A program made the position numbers and the translations under genes. A stretch of DNA of 64,000 nucleotides. It comes from an uncultured delta proteobacterium. GTDB taxonomy: Bacteria; Myxococcota; Myxococcia; Myxococcales; Myxococcaceae. Below, in pieces: positions 37,537-49,724 of the stretch. The notes under the pieces are model-generated. The model did no database searches. It worked only from the letters and a program-made list of their open reading frames with translations, and was not told where the DNA came from. Within the stretch, counting starts at the first letter, position 1, and every line of letters starts with the position of its first letter. The stretch is taken from NCBI GenBank assembly GCA_963776345.1, contig CAVZMH010000016.1, positions 320,001 through 384,000 of the forward strand, written 5' to 3'.

Positions 37537-39894
37537 TCAGTTGCTGCGAGGAAACGACGCTCGGTCGCCTCCGCGGACCCGGATCTCGACGGTGCTCAAC
37601 GGGCTGGAGGCGGGGCGGAGGCCCGACGGGCCACAACTCGAGGCGATGGACTCCAGGGGCCAGCGCGAGCCGGGTGCGTCGGAGCGGGTCGAGCGGAGCC
37701 ACAGTTCCGTCCACCCGGAGCTGGCCTGCGCCCCGGACGCGAACCGGGATGGTCTGTGAGCTCGCCGGGATGCCCGCCTCGACCAGGAACTCGTCCCCGT
37801 CGCGCGGGGTGATGAAGCCCGGCGGCTCGGTTGCGCCACCGCCCTCCCCCGCGGCGACCTCGAGCCGCTCGCGCTCCGCCCAGCCGGTGTAGCGCGCGTC
37901 CAGCGCGAGGACCCGCCGGCCCTCCGCCAGGCGGTGCATCGTGCAGGGCTCGGCCGGCGCCGTGCCCGGCAGGAACACCTCGTCGTGCGAGCCCGGGCAG
38001 GCCTCGCTGGCGCGGTGACCGGACAGCGGGCAGATGCGGACCCGCTGGAATCGCTCCCGGTCCACCAGCGGCGCCGGACGGACACCGGCCATCGCCCGGC
38101 GCATTACCCGTCCGAAGAGCGGCCCCGCCCCGGTGATGCCGGAGACCCGCTGCATGGGCCGGCCGTCGAAGTTCCCCACCCAGACCGCCACCGTTCGTTC
38201 GCGGGTGAAGCCCACGGTCCAGTTGTCCACGTAGGCACGGCTGGTGCCGGTCTTCGCCGCCACCGGGAACGGGAGCCGCAGCGCGTTGTCCAGGCCGAAC
38301 GCCGGTGCCCGGGCAGTCTCGTCCGAAAGCAGGTCGGTCAGCAGCGCAACCGCATCCGCCGGGAGAAAGCGCCGAGCGGCCAGCTCGGGCCGACCGGCGA
38401 CCGGGTCCCCGAGGCGGTCGGTCGCGGAGCGCACGAGGCGCAGCGGCTCGACGACTCCCCCCCGCGCGAGGCCCCGGTAGGCCCGGGCGAGCTCCCACAG
38501 CGACACGTCGCCGTTCCCGAGCACCAGCCCCGCCCCGTAGTGCTCGGCGCTCGCCTCGAGCGAGGTGAAGCCCGCCTGCCGGAGCACCTCGAGCACCCGC
38601 TCGGGCCCGAGCGAGTCGGTGAGCTCGACGGCCGGCACGTTGTAGCTGTTGGCCAGCGCGGCCCGGAGACGCACCGGTCCGTGCTGCCGGCGGTCGTAGT
38701 TGCGCGGGAGCCAGGCGCCGCCCGCCGTGCCCACCTCGAGGTCCACGTCGCTGAGCACCGAGGCCGGGGTCCACCCGCTGGCCAGCGCCAGCCCGTAGGC
38801 GAAGGGCTTCAGGGCGCTCCCCGGCTGCCGGCGGGCACGCACCCCGTCGTTCTGGCCCTCGCCGGCGACGTCGAGGAAGTCCGCCGAGCCCACGTAGGCG
38901 AGCACGTCGCCCGAGGCGTTGTCGATGACGAGCACCGCGGCCTGGCCGAGGCGCGGATCCGCCGCCAGCTCGGAGCGGACGGAGCGCTCGACGTCCCGCT
39001 GCAGCGCGGGGTCGAGCGTGGTGCGCACCTCCACCGCGCGGTCGAGCCCGAGCGTTTCCAGCTTCCCGGCGAGGTCGGTGACGAGATGGGGCGCTCCGAA
39101 CGGCCGGGTCGGCGGGACGAGGTCCAGGTCCGCGCTGGCCGCGACCCGCTCCAGCTCGGCGTCGAGGCGGCCCGCGCGACGCATGCGTCCGAGCACCTCG
39201 CGCATCGCCGCCTGCACCCGCCTCGGGATCTCGCCAGGCGTCGACCCGGGCCGGAGAGCGGGCGATGGCCGCGAGCAGCGCCGCCTGCCCGACGGAGAGC
39301 GTGGACGCTGGACGACCGAAGTAGGCCTGCGAGGCGGCCTCCACCCCCACCAGGTCGTGCCCGAGCGCCACTCGGTCCAGGTAGGCGCGGAGGATCTCCT
39401 CCCGCGACAGGTGCGCCGAGAGCCTCAGGGCCCAGAGCGCCTCCTGCCCCTTTCCGGCGAGGCTCCGGCGGCGCGGGAACGAGGAGCCGCGCGAGCTGCT
39501 GGGTGAGCGTCGAGGCGCCGCTGACCACCCGGCCCGCGCGCAGGTTGCTCGCGCGCGCGCGCGCCATCGCCAGCGGGTCCACGCCGGGGTGCCACTCGTA
39601 CCGCCGGTCCTCCGAGGCGATGAAGGCGTCGCGCAGGACCGGCGGCACGGGCGCTGCCTCGGCAGCGACACGCTCCGTGACGCCTGGCGCGAAGGGAATC
39701 TCGCGGAGGAGGTCGCCCTCGCGGTCCAGCACCCGGACGCTGAGCGCTCCCGTCGGGTCAAGCAGACCGGTGGGCAGCGGCCAGGCGACGAAGACGAGCA
39801 GCGCGAGGACGAGGATCCCCGCGAGGACGACCAGAGCCCGACCGAGGAGCGGAAGCGTCCCGCCGCGCCGCCGGCTTGGCCCGGCCCCGGTCAT
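37537..39894 (-). CDS. pbpC: Penicillin-binding protein 1C; +1 frameshifts near 39478, 39218 and 37625
   Basis: Transglycosylase EDRRYEWHPGVD and SGASTLTQQLAR; transpeptidase RQPGSALKPF, SYN, KTGTS; ATGA-coupled to the A2M gene. Confidence 0.9.
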
Positions 39895-42800
39895 CGGGCC
39901 GCGACGCTCCCCTCGTCGAGCACCTGGAAGTTGCTCCCGTCCGACCGGCCGAACACCTCGGGGGCGTACATCGCCTCGGCGCGCGCCGGGACGAGCAGGT
40001 AGTCGCCGGGCGTCGTCGCCCGGGCCACCACCGAGACCGTGTGCACCCCCGGCGGCAGCTCGCTGGAGAAGAACAGCGCCCGGTCGTCGCGCAGCTCGGT
40101 GTGGTTGAAGGGGTTCCAGAAGCCGAGCACCCACGGCGGCACGCCCGCCTCGCGCGCGCCCTCCATCTCGTCGGTCTCGGTGTCGGCCGAGGGCTCTCCC
40201 CGCGACAGCCGCGCCGTCGTGGCCAGGGTGGTGTCCACCGCCTCCAGACCGGCCGGGAGCGGGATCTCCAGCGCCACGTTGGTGCGGGCCGCCGGTGTCC
40301 CCACCCGGACCTTGATCCGCACCAGCTCGCCCGCCTTCACCGACTTGAGCTGCCCGCCGCCCGAGTACGGCTCGATCCACCGCTGCACCACGAGCCCGCG
40401 CTCCAGCGCGCTCCGCGGCATCTCCGCCGGCGCGTACCGCAGCACCGCGGTGTACGAGAGCAGGCCGGTCTTCCCGCTCCGCAGGAACTCGAAGGCCGCC
40501 GACTTCCCGAGCTGCGGGAGCTGCGCCATGGGGAGCACCGTCCGACGCACCTCCATGCTCCGGCCGCGGAACTCGGCGTCCGCGACCTGCTTGCCGCCGA
40601 CGAGCACCTTGCCCACGAAGTCCGGCGCGTCCTTCTCGCGGGTCCGCACGACCTCGGTCAGGGCCATCAGCGCGAACGCCGACTCCTGGGTCGTCTTGTA
40701 GCGCCCGTCCGGCCCGCGGGCCTGCACCAGGTAGCGGGCCATCTTCCCGACGTACGGGTGGTCGGGCGTGACGTCCACCAGGGTCTGGAGCGCGATGGCG
40801 GTGGTGCGGAGGTCGCTCGACCAGTCCGACTGGTAGGTGACCGTGCTCATCTCCTCGAGGTGGAGCGCGCCCGAGGTCTCCTTCGCCCGGTCCATCAGCT
40901 CGGTGGTCAGCGCCTTGGCGGCCGCGCGATCCCCTCCGCCGATCCACAGCGCGTCGGCCAGCATCGCCTTGCCGTAGAAGGGGAGCTCGGAGCGGCGGGC
41001 GAAGAGGGCCGAGGCGCTCGAGGCCTGCGGCGCGCGGGTCCGGGCCAGCGCGTAGACCGCGAAGGCCCGCGTGCCCGGGTCCACCTCGCGCGACCACCAC
41101 GAACAGGTCTGGACGTTGCCCGCGGCGACCTTGGCCAGGAACTGCTGCCCCTTCCGGAGCGCGTCCCGGTCCACCGGGTAGCCCACCTCGGCCGCCCGCC
41201 CCAGCGCCAGGACGGCGTAGGCCGAGCCGTGCGGCGAGCTGCAGCTGTCCGAGCTCCAGTACCCGTAGCCGCCGTCGTACCGCTGCAGCGCCTCGATGGC
41301 CTTCACCGTCTTGCTCGCCACCTCGTCCGGGTCGGTCGTCCCCCAGCGGGCGATGGCGTCCTCCCCCACCCAGCCGCGGGCGCTCTCCGGCCGCCACGGC
41401 AGCTTGAAGACCCCGTGCAGCTCGCGGAGGGCGACGAAGGGCACGAGCCGCGAGGACAGCTGCTCGAGGCATCCGTACGGGTAGTCCACCAGCTGCCGCA
41501 TCGCCTCGCCGTACCCACCGAGCACGGTGGAGGCCATCGTCACCTCCAGGCCGCCGACGTCGGGACGGACCCCGGACGGAGTGGAGAGCTGCTCGCGCGC
41601 CGCGTCCTTCGTCTCCCCGGCGAGGGCCACCGCCTCCATCTGGGTCGGGACCTTCACCGGGAGCCGCTGCTCCACCGCGTCCTGCTCGCCGCCGCCGGTC
41701 ACCGCGAAGCGCAGCACCGCCTCGCCCGGGCCCTCGGCGACGTAGCGGAACCGCACCTCGCGGGGCTTGCCCTCGGGCAGCTGGAGCGTGCGCCTGGTCT
41801 CGCCCTGGAGCTTCAGCGGCCCGGTGGCGCTGGCGGTGACCTCGACCTCCTTGATCTTCCCGGAGGGCGCGTGAACCACCACCCCGGCCTCCACCGTGTC
41901 TCCCACCCGCGCCAGCCGCGGGAGCGCCGGCATCGCCAGGAGCGGCTTCGCCACCTGGATGCTCGCCCCGCCCTTCCCGCCCCGGTCCCCCCTGTCGAGG
42001 GCCAGGGCCATGATCTTGTAGGTGGTCAGGTTGTCGGGGAGCGTGAACTCGACCTCGGCGCGCCCGTCCGCCCCGGTGACCACCGCCGGGGCGAAGAGCA
42101 CCGTGGTCTTGAACCGCGAGCGGATGCCGCCTCCACCCTCGGCGCCGCCGCCTCCTCCGGTGGTCATCCCCTTGTCGGCGTAGGCCGTGCGCCGGACGAG
42201 GTGGATCAGCGGCTCGCCGATGCGCACCGACAGGCCACGCTCGGGCTGGAGCGCGTCCAGCGGATCCGGCGGCTCGTAGGCCGTGAGCCGGAGCACGCCC
42301 TCGTCCACCGCCCACACCGCGACCTCCGCCGGGACCGGTGCGCCCTTCCAGTCCGTCGTCCGGAGCGCGACCTTCACCTTCTCCCGCGGCCGGTACTGGG
42401 TGCGCTCGGGCGTCACCTCCAGCGCCAGGCGCTTGCTCTTCCGCTCCACCTTGAGCTTGGCGTAGCCGACCCTCACTTGCGGCCGCCCGGGGTCCTCGCC
42501 GGCGTCGGGGCCGTCGGCCTGGGGCACCCGCCCGCGGACCAGCACCACCCCCACGTAGACGTCCGGGATGCCCGCCTCCGCCGAGCGGAACCTCGAGCGT
42601 GGTGGCGGCGCCCTTGAGCTTCACGTGCCGCGCCGAGCTGACCCCCTCGCGCTCCACGGTGAGCACCGCCTCGGCCGACGGGAACGGGCTCTTCACCAGG
42701 ACCTTCGCCGTCTCGCCCACGTCGTAGACCGCCTTGTCGGTGACGAGGTCGATCCGGTCGGAGTCGTTGCGCTGCCAGGACACCCACCCCTCGCCCACGA

Positions 42801-45735
42801 CGTAGAGCGAGCTGCGGGTGGTCTGCTTGCGCTTCTGCGCGTCCACCACCTGGGCCTGGACGATGTGGAAGCCGGGCGCCTTCGGGGTGAAGGTGCAGGC
42901 GCCGGGCACCTGCTCGACCTTCACCGTGCAGGTGGCGACCGGCTCCTCCACCGGCTCGCTGAGCGTCTCCCAGCGGTCGCCCGCGGTCTTCTTCCGCACG
43001 AACTTCCAGTCGCGCCGGAGCACCGAGACCTGGACCTCGGCCCGCTGCCGCTTTCCGTCGGGTGAGACCGCCACCGCCTCGAGCGACACCGGCTTGCCCA
43101 CCTCGGCGAAGCCCTCGACGTTGCGCTGGCGGACGCCGGCGTAGAGCGCGGCCGGGTGCACGTGGAGCTCGGCCCGGTTGGCGATGCGCTGGCGGTTGAC
43201 GTCCACCACCTCGGCCTCGAGGGTGATGCGCGACGAGCGGCCTCCCGGGGTCTCGACCTGGCCCGCGGCGATCTCGAAGACGCCCTGGGCGTCGGTCTTG
43301 CCCTCGCCGGCGCCCACCACCTCGGTGCTCTGGCCCGGGGTGTCGTCGCTCCACTCCCAGGTGGCGATGCCGAAGGCGAAGCCCGGGTTGTCCGGCGGCT
43401 GGAAGTCCTCGGTGGTCCGGGTCGCCGTCCAGCGCACCGCCGCCCCGGGCATCGCGCCGCCGAACAGGTAGCGGGCCAGCACCCGGGCCTGGAGGGGCTG
43501 TCCGGCGAGCACATCGGCGGCCGGGGTGGTGACGTCCACCTTGAACTGGGGCGGCCGGTACTCCTCGACCCGGAAGCTCGCTCCCGTCGAGACGCGGCCC
43601 GAGGGAACCTCGGCGCTCGCCCGGAGGGAGTAGGTGCCGAGCGCCGCGCCGGCCTCCACCGGGACCTCGGCGGAGAAGGTGCCGAACTCGGTGAGCGGGA
43701 TGCTCCGGGACCAGATCTCCTTGCCGCGCGAATCGGTCACCGTGACGTCGGCCAGCGTCCCCTTCGCGGGCGTGGTCACCACGCCCAGGCGGCGGTAGCG
43801 GAGCATCCCCTTGAGGTACACGGTGTCACCCGGCCGGTAGATGCCGCGCTCGGCGGTGGCGAAGCCCATCGACTCCGGACGCTTCCCGTCCCAGGCGCCC
43901 TCGACCCCGAAGGCCCAGGGCCCGAAGCCGCCGGACCAGTCGGCCAGGGTGACGCCGGTGTCGCCGTCGAGGGACGCGGCGACCAGCGCGAACGGCGGCC
44001 CTCCGTCCAGGTCCCGCCCGCGTCGCCCCGCGCTCCTGCCCGGCCCGACGATCGAGGCCAGCCCGGGGACGCGCGCCAGGCCGTCGGCGTCCGTCTTGCC
44101 TTGCCACTTCACCGCGCCGTCGGCGTCGTAGAGCGAGAGCGCCGCGCCGGGGACGACGGTCCCGTCCGAGACCCGGGTGACCCAGACGATGCCCGAGGTC
44201 GCCCCGAGCTTGGTGTGCACGGCGAGGTCGGTGATCTGCCCCGTCACACGCTGGGTCCGCTGCCAGCGGTACTTGGTCTCGATCTCCGGGGCGGTGGTGA
44301 CCAGGTGGAAGAGCCCGGTGCCCTTGCCGGCGAGCAGCTCGCGCACCTTCACCGGACGGGTGCCCGGGAGGTTGTGCGTCCCGTCCAGCGCGAGCGCGGT
44401 CGTGACCGGCTGTCCCGCGGGAACGGCCTGCGCCGTGCGCCGGCTGGCGAGGAAGCGCGCCATCTCGGCCGGACCGAGCGGCCAGAGCTGGACGTCCAGC
44501 TGGCCGACGTTGGTGAAGCGCACCGGGAGCGCGCCGTCCCCCTTCGACTCGAGGAGCGCCACGTCGGGCCCGAGCTCGTACTCGGGCCTCAGGTCGTCGG
44601 TGCGGAGCTGGCCCTTCGCCGGCGGCGCGGTCTGCCCGAAGACGTCGGTCACCCCGGAGGCGATGGAGACGGCGTAGGTCGTCCCGGGCCGGAAGCTCCC
44701 GGGCACCGCGGTGTAGGGGTTGCGCCGCTCGCCGTAGGGCTCGTGGCTCTCGGCGTGGTCCCAGTCGATCTTCACCGCGGGCTCCACCCGGAGCCGGGAC
44801 TTCAGCGAGGCGACGTCGAGGGGGTTGCTGCTCTCGAGGATCAGCGGCCCGTACGGGCAGTCGTAGCCGCCGAGGCACGCCGAGACGCCCTCGAGCCGCG
44901 CCGGTCCGTAGGTCCGGTACGGGAGGCGGATCTCCTGGTCGAGGGTGAGCGGGCCCTCCTTGGCGCGGAGGGTGGTGGCGACGACCAGCTCGAGCTCGGT
45001 GGCCAGCGGGAGCGGCTTGCCGATCTTCACCGTGACCTCGGTCCGCCGGCTCGGGACGAGGGCCTTGCCCGGGCGCTCCACCTCCTCGGGGGCGGCGGGC
45101 GCGGGCCGGGTGGCCACCGTGATGGGCCAGGAGGTGCCCTCGGGGCCAACCCGCAGCGAGAGGGACCTCTCCGGGTCGACCACCGGCTGGTTGAAGACCA
45201 GGACGATGTCCTGGCTGGGCTTGAGCCAGCGCCAGCGTCCAGCGGGGGTGGCGGACTCGAGGCGCGGCCCCGGCGTGTCGAAGGACCAGCTGTAGGCCTC
45301 CTTGAGGCTGGAGCCGTCCACGCCCTTCAGTCCGGCGGGGACCGTCACCGTGAAGCGGGTGGCGAAGGGCAGCGGGGTCTTCGGGACGAACTCCACGCTC
45401 GCCGAGCCGATCCACCGCCACTCGCCCTCCACGGCCGGGCTGAGCGAGGCGGGCGGGGCGAGCGCCTTCTGCTCCTCCACCGACATCAGGGCGACCACCG
45501 GCCGGGAGAAGGTGATGGTGGGGCGTGCGTCCGCTCCCACCACCTCGTGCGGGCGGGCGGCCACGACGGTGAGTCCGGCGCCCGGCAGCGCCTCGGGGGC
45601 GATGGCCAGGGCGGGCGGCGCGGGGAGGGGCTCGAGGGGCGCCTGGCCCGGGCCGGACGGCTTCCCCTTGCAGGCGGTGAGCGCGACCGCGGCGAGCACG
45701 GCGGCGCAGACGAGACGGGTCGATGCAGCCCTCAC
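39891..45735 (-). CDS. Bacterial alpha-2-macroglobulin lipoprotein; +1 frameshift near 42580
   Basis: Lipobox LTAC, ERGIYRPGD, FRVEEYRPP, AVDEGVL, LPDNLTTY, thioester YPYGCLEQ, AEAMYAPEVFGRS; paired with pbpC. Confidence 0.93.
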
Positions 45736-45877
45736 GATGTGGAGTCCTCCCCCGGAGCGCCGCGGCGTGGCGCGTGCCCCGGGCCTATTGTGCTCTCCGG
45801 CGAGGGTGCCCGGGTCGACGAAGATCGCCCGGGGTTCCCCGGGGCTCGAGGACCGTGCAGCCGCCGGGCCAGCGGCT

Positions 45878-46459
45878 TCAGCGTGCGTGAAGGCGCGACT
45901 CGATGCGCCGGTCCGGCACGATCCAGGTGAGCGCCACGCCGGCGTAGACCAGGTCGGCGAGCCAGGGGCGGATGAACGCGAGCGCGATGCCGACCCCGTA
46001 GGCCACCGGCGAGAGCTTCTCCTTGAGCGTGCGTCCGACGACGGCACGGGCGAGCTCGGAGCGCGGCCCCTCGTGGGCGATGATCGCCCGTTCGAGCAGA
46101 AGGTACGCGAGCGCGGCCATCAGCAGCACCACGCCGTAGAGCGCCGCGGGCCACGACGCGCGCGGGTGCTCGCCCACCCAGGCGGTCACCACCGGGACGA
46201 GGGAGAGGCAGAAGAGCAGCATCAGGTTGGCCCACATCACGCCGCCCCCGATCTCCCGGGTGGCGTGGAACAGATGGTGGTGGTTGTTCCAGTAGATGCC
46301 GATGTAGACGAAGCTCAGGACGTAGCTGAGGAAGACCGGCACCATCGGCCGGAGCGCCTCGAGGTCGCTGCCGTGCGGCACCTTGAGCTCCAGGACCATG
46401 ATGGTGATGACGATGGCCAGCACGCCGTCGCTGAAGGCCTCGAGCCGTCCCGTCTTCAT
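45878..46459 (-). CDS. TMEM175-family potassium channel (DUF1211)
   Basis: RLEAFSDGVLAIVITIMVLEL signature, YWNNHHHLF, six TM segments. Confidence 0.9.
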   Translation of the reverse strand: MKTGRLEAFSDGVLAIVITIMVLELKVPHGSDLEALRPMVPVFLSYVLSFVYIGIYWNNHHHLFHATREIGGGVMWANLMLLFCLSLVPVVTAWVGEHPRASWPAALYGVVLLMAALAYLLLERAIIAHEGPRSELARAVVGRTLKEKLSPVAYGVGIALAFIRPWLADLVYAGVALTWIVPDRRIESRLHAR

Positions 46460-46558
46460 CCGTCCCCTCCCCGGGTGACGCGCCACGGCGGCGCGTACGG
46501 GCCGAGTCACCCCCGGGCGAGGCGAGCTGTCAATCGAGGCAGAGGCCCGAGGCGCGCG

Positions 46559-47155
46559 TCAGCCGACCAGGATGACGGTGGTCGACCGGGCCCCGTGCGC
46601 GCCGATGACCAGGGCCTGCTCGATGTCCGCGGTCTTCGACGGGCCGGAGATGAAGAGCCCGAATCCGGGCGCGCCGAGAAGGAGCCGACCGTAGGCCTCG
46701 TGGAGCGTGTGCACCAGCTCCCTCGCGGGCACCACCAGGACCAGGTGCTGGGTGACGAAGAGCACCGCCCGCCGCTGCTTCAGGACGGCGTCGGTGAGCC
46801 ACACCGCCCCGTTCTCCGCCACCCCGAACTCGCCCGGCACCACCGCCAGGTCCACCCCGGCGAGCCCGTGCGGGTCGTCGACCGAGTCGAGCGCGAGCGT
46901 GCCCGTGAGCACGTCGGGAAGCAGGGAGACGATCTGCCGGGCCGACTGCGCCACGGGGAGCGCGCGGACCGCGGTCGCCGCCTCGGCCAGCCCGGGGACC
47001 CGGACGCACGCGCCGCCCACGTCGGCCACGCTCTGGGCGAAGCGGGCCGGCAGGTCCTCGAATCGCACCGGCGACGCCGGCACCTCGGGCAACGGCGCCG
47101 GAGGCGGCCGCGCCTGGCGGAGACGCTCGAGCACCTTCTCGCGGCTAGACCCCAC
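46559..47155 (-). CDS. lutC: Lactate utilization protein C (LUD domain)
   Basis: GVAENGAVW, FISGPSKTADIEQALVIGAHG. Confidence 0.9.
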   Translation of the reverse strand: MGSSREKVLERLRQARPPPAPLPEVPASPVRFEDLPARFAQSVADVGGACVRVPGLAEAATAVRALPVAQSARQIVSLLPDVLTGTLALDSVDDPHGLAGVDLAVVPGEFGVAENGAVWLTDAVLKQRRAVLFVTQHLVLVVPARELVHTLHEAYGRLLLGAPGFGLFISGPSKTADIEQALVIGAHGARSTTVILVG

Positions 47156-48509
47156 GGCGGCCCCACTCCTGGCGGAAGCTGCGGGCCGGGAGCGCGGGGA
47201 GGTCGCGCTCGCGTCCCCAGCCGCCGGACAGCGCCCGGAGCAGCCCCGCCGGAAGGAGCCGCCCGAAGAAGCGCACCATCCCCCCGGCCAGCCGGTACCT
47301 CCAGGGCCGCCGCAGGACCCAGCTGGCGAGGTGGACGCCGCGGCGCTTCATGGCCGGGGTGAGCCCGCGGTCGTTCAGCTCCCGCCGCCAGGCGAGCAGC
47401 TGGCTGTGGAGGTCGATCTTCACCGGGCAGACGTCGCTGCACGAGCCACAGAGGCTGGAGGCGAAGGGCAGCGACATGTTCCGCACCGCGTCCGCGGCCG
47501 GCGAGAGCACCGAGCCGATGGGGCCCGGGACCGTCGTCCCGTAGCTGTGCCCGCCGCTGCGCCGGTAGACGGGGCAGGTGTTCATGCACGCCCCGCAGCG
47601 GATGCAGCACAGGGCCCGCCGGTGGGTCTCGCTGGCCAGGAGCGCGCTCCGGCCGTTGTCCACCAGGACGATGTGCAGCTCGCCGCCGGGCCGCGGGCCG
47701 TGGAAGTGCGAGGTGTACGTGGTGATGGGCTGGCCCGTTCCGCTCCGGGCGAGGAGCCGGAGGAAGACGGCGAGGTCCGTCGCCCGGGGCACGAGCTTCT
47801 CCAGCCCCATGCAGGCGATGTGGATGGGCGGGAGCGACACGCCGAGATCGGCGTTGCCCTCGTTGGTGCAGACCACGAAGCCGCCGGTCTCGGCGACGGC
47901 GAAGTTCACCCCGGTGAGCCCGGCCTGACCGGCGAGGAACTTCTCGCGCAGGTGCTGCCGGGCGGCCTCGGTGAGCTGCTTGGGGTCGGTGAGGCCCTCG
48001 GGCGTGTGCAGGGTGCGGTGGAAGAGCTCGCCAATCTCCTCGCGCTTCCTGTGGATGGCGGGCATCACGATGTGGCTCGGCGGCTCGTGGCCGAGCTGGA
48101 CGATGCGCTCGCCGAGGTCGGTGTCGACCACCTCGATCCCGGCGGCCTCGAGCGCCGGATTGAGGTGGCACTCCTCGGTGAGCATCGACTTGCTCTTCAC
48201 CAGGCGGGTGACGCCGCGGTCCCGGAGCAGCCCAAGGACGATGGCGTTGTGCTCCGCGGCGTCCGCGGCCCAGTACACGTGCGCGCCCAGCGCGAGCGCC
48301 TTCCGCTCGAACTCCTCGAGGTACTCGGGGAGGCGGGACAGCATGTGGAGCTTGATGCGCGAGGCGGCGTCCCGGAGCGCCTCCCAGTCCGGCACCGTCC
48401 CGGCCGCGCGGTCGCGCTTGCTGCGCATGTTCCAGACCGCGGCGTCATGCCAGTGGAGGCGGGCGTCGTCCCGGACCAGCTTCAGTGCGGCGCGGGCGTG
48501 GGCGTTCAT
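47145..48509 (-). CDS. lutB: Lactate utilization protein B (Fe-S)
   Basis: KSKSMLTEE, TDLGE, PSHIVMPAIH, CIRCGACMNTCPVY, SSLCGSCSDVCPVKI. Confidence 0.93.
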   Translation of the reverse strand: MNAHARAALKLVRDDARLHWHDAAVWNMRSKRDRAAGTVPDWEALRDAASRIKLHMLSRLPEYLEEFERKALALGAHVYWAADAAEHNAIVLGLLRDRGVTRLVKSKSMLTEECHLNPALEAAGIEVVDTDLGERIVQLGHEPPSHIVMPAIHRKREEIGELFHRTLHTPEGLTDPKQLTEAARQHLREKFLAGQAGLTGVNFAVAETGGFVVCTNEGNADLGVSLPPIHIACMGLEKLVPRATDLAVFLRLLARSGTGQPITTYTSHFHGPRPGGELHIVLVDNGRSALLASETHRRALCCIRCGACMNTCPVYRRSGGHSYGTTVPGPIGSVLSPAADAVRNMSLPFASSLCGSCSDVCPVKIDLHSQLLAWRRELNDRGLTPAMKRRGVHLASWVLRRPWRYRLAGGMVRFFGRLLPAGLLRALSGGWGRERDLPALPARSFRQEWGRRGV

Positions 48510-48606
48510 GGCGGCGGGACTTCATCCGAGTGCGCCCCGGTGTGCAACTGGCCTGCGCCAGGGCACCGATCCGGGGGTGGCGTGCCTATCCTCGCTCGCA
48601 CGCCCC

Positions 48607-48825
48607 GTGAGCCGGAACGCCCGCATCGCCGTGGTCGCCAGCCTGCTGATCCTCGCCGTCCTCGTCGCCGCGACGCTGATGGCCGAGCCGCTGGTCCATC
48701 CCTGCCCGGGCGAGATCGAGCAGTGCGGCCGGGTGTGCGCGGGGCAGACCGTGGAGCCCCTCCCCTGGCGATGTCCACGGGCGACCTGCAGCTGCCCGAG
48801 GCCCCTGCCCTGGCCTCGCCGGTAA
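48607..48825 (+). CDS. Secreted six-cysteine CS-alpha-beta (defensin-like) peptide, 72 aa
   Basis: GTG start, signal peptide RNARIAVVASLLILAVLVAATLMA, C33-X6-C40-X3-C44-X11-C56-X4-C61-X-C63, GC3-rich codons, possible -10 TATCCT at 48587. Confidence 0.7.
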   Translation: MSRNARIAVVASLLILAVLVAATLMAEPLVHPCPGEIEQCGRVCAGQTVEPLPWRCPRATCSCPRPLPWPRR

Positions 48826-48871
48826 CGATTCTCGATGGCTGACGCGCTCGTTTCGCTCTTTTCGATGCGAG

Positions 48872-49642
48872 TCAGCGGCCGGCCGGCGCGGCGGCGCCGG
48901 ACATCGCCGCATCGAACACCTGCGCCACGTGGAGGAACTGCAGCGGCGAGCGGCCGCGGCGGGCGATGCCCTCCAGGTGCATGAGGCAGGACATGTCCAC
49001 GCTGGTCACCACCTCGGCCCCGGCCTTCGCGTGGTCGGCAACGCGGTCCCGTCCCATCGCGCCGGAGACCGCCGACTCGTCGACCGAGAAGAGCCCGCCG
49101 AAGCCGCAGCACTCGTCGACGCGGGTGAGGTCGACCAGCTCGATGCCCTCCAGGGAGCCGAGCAGCGAACGCACCTTGTTCCACGGCTCGACCATCCGCT
49201 CGCTCCCTGTCCCGAGCCGAAGCTCCCGGAGCCCGTGGCAGCTCTGGTGGAGCCCCACCCGCCGCCGGTAGCTCCCCTCGATGCGGCGGACCCCGAGCAC
49301 GTCGGTGATGAACTCGCAGAGCTCGTAGGTTCGCCCGCCCACCGCCTCGACCCGCGGGTCGTCGGGAAGCACGTCGTGGTAGTGGTGGCGAACCATCGCC
49401 GTGCAGCTCCCCGACGGGCAGACCACCCGCTGGTAGCGCTCGAAGACGTCGAGGTGGTGGCGCGCCAGGGGCGCGGCGTCGGAGGTCGCGCCGGCGTTCG
49501 CCATCGGCTGCCCGCAGCAGGTCTGCGCCTCGGGGAACTCGACCTTCACCCCCAGCCGCTCCAGCACCCGCGCGGTCGCCAGGCCCACCGCCGGGTAGAC
49601 CTGGTCCACGTAGCAGGGGATGAAGAGCGCCACGGGGTCCAT
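48872..49642 (-). CDS. lutA: Lactate utilization protein A (CCG-domain Fe-S)
   Basis: ALFIPCYVDQ, QTCCGQP, PSGSC, HQSCHGLR, ECCGFGGLF, DMSCLMHL. Confidence 0.93.
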   Translation of the reverse strand: MDPVALFIPCYVDQVYPAVGLATARVLERLGVKVEFPEAQTCCGQPMANAGATSDAAPLARHHLDVFERYQRVVCPSGSCTAMVRHHYHDVLPDDPRVEAVGGRTYELCEFITDVLGVRRIEGSYRRRVGLHQSCHGLRELRLGTGSERMVEPWNKVRSLLGSLEGIELVDLTRVDECCGFGGLFSVDESAVSGAMGRDRVADHAKAGAEVVTSVDMSCLMHLEGIARRGRSPLQFLHVAQVFDAAMSGAAAPAGR

Positions 49643-49724
49643 GGGGAGGCACTTACCCCTGAGCCGGCGATCGGTACAACGTTCAGATTGCCGACAGTGC
49701 GCCGGAGGGGCAGGCTCCGCTGCC

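Noticed and set aside
37537..45735. A2M-pbpC pair as a novel system
   Set aside because: Well-known conserved gene pair (yfhM-pbpC type)
38809..46047. 2412-aa giant ORF
   Set aside because: Artifact of frameshifts: it joins the A2M N-terminal half, an out-of-frame stretch and the pbpC N-terminus
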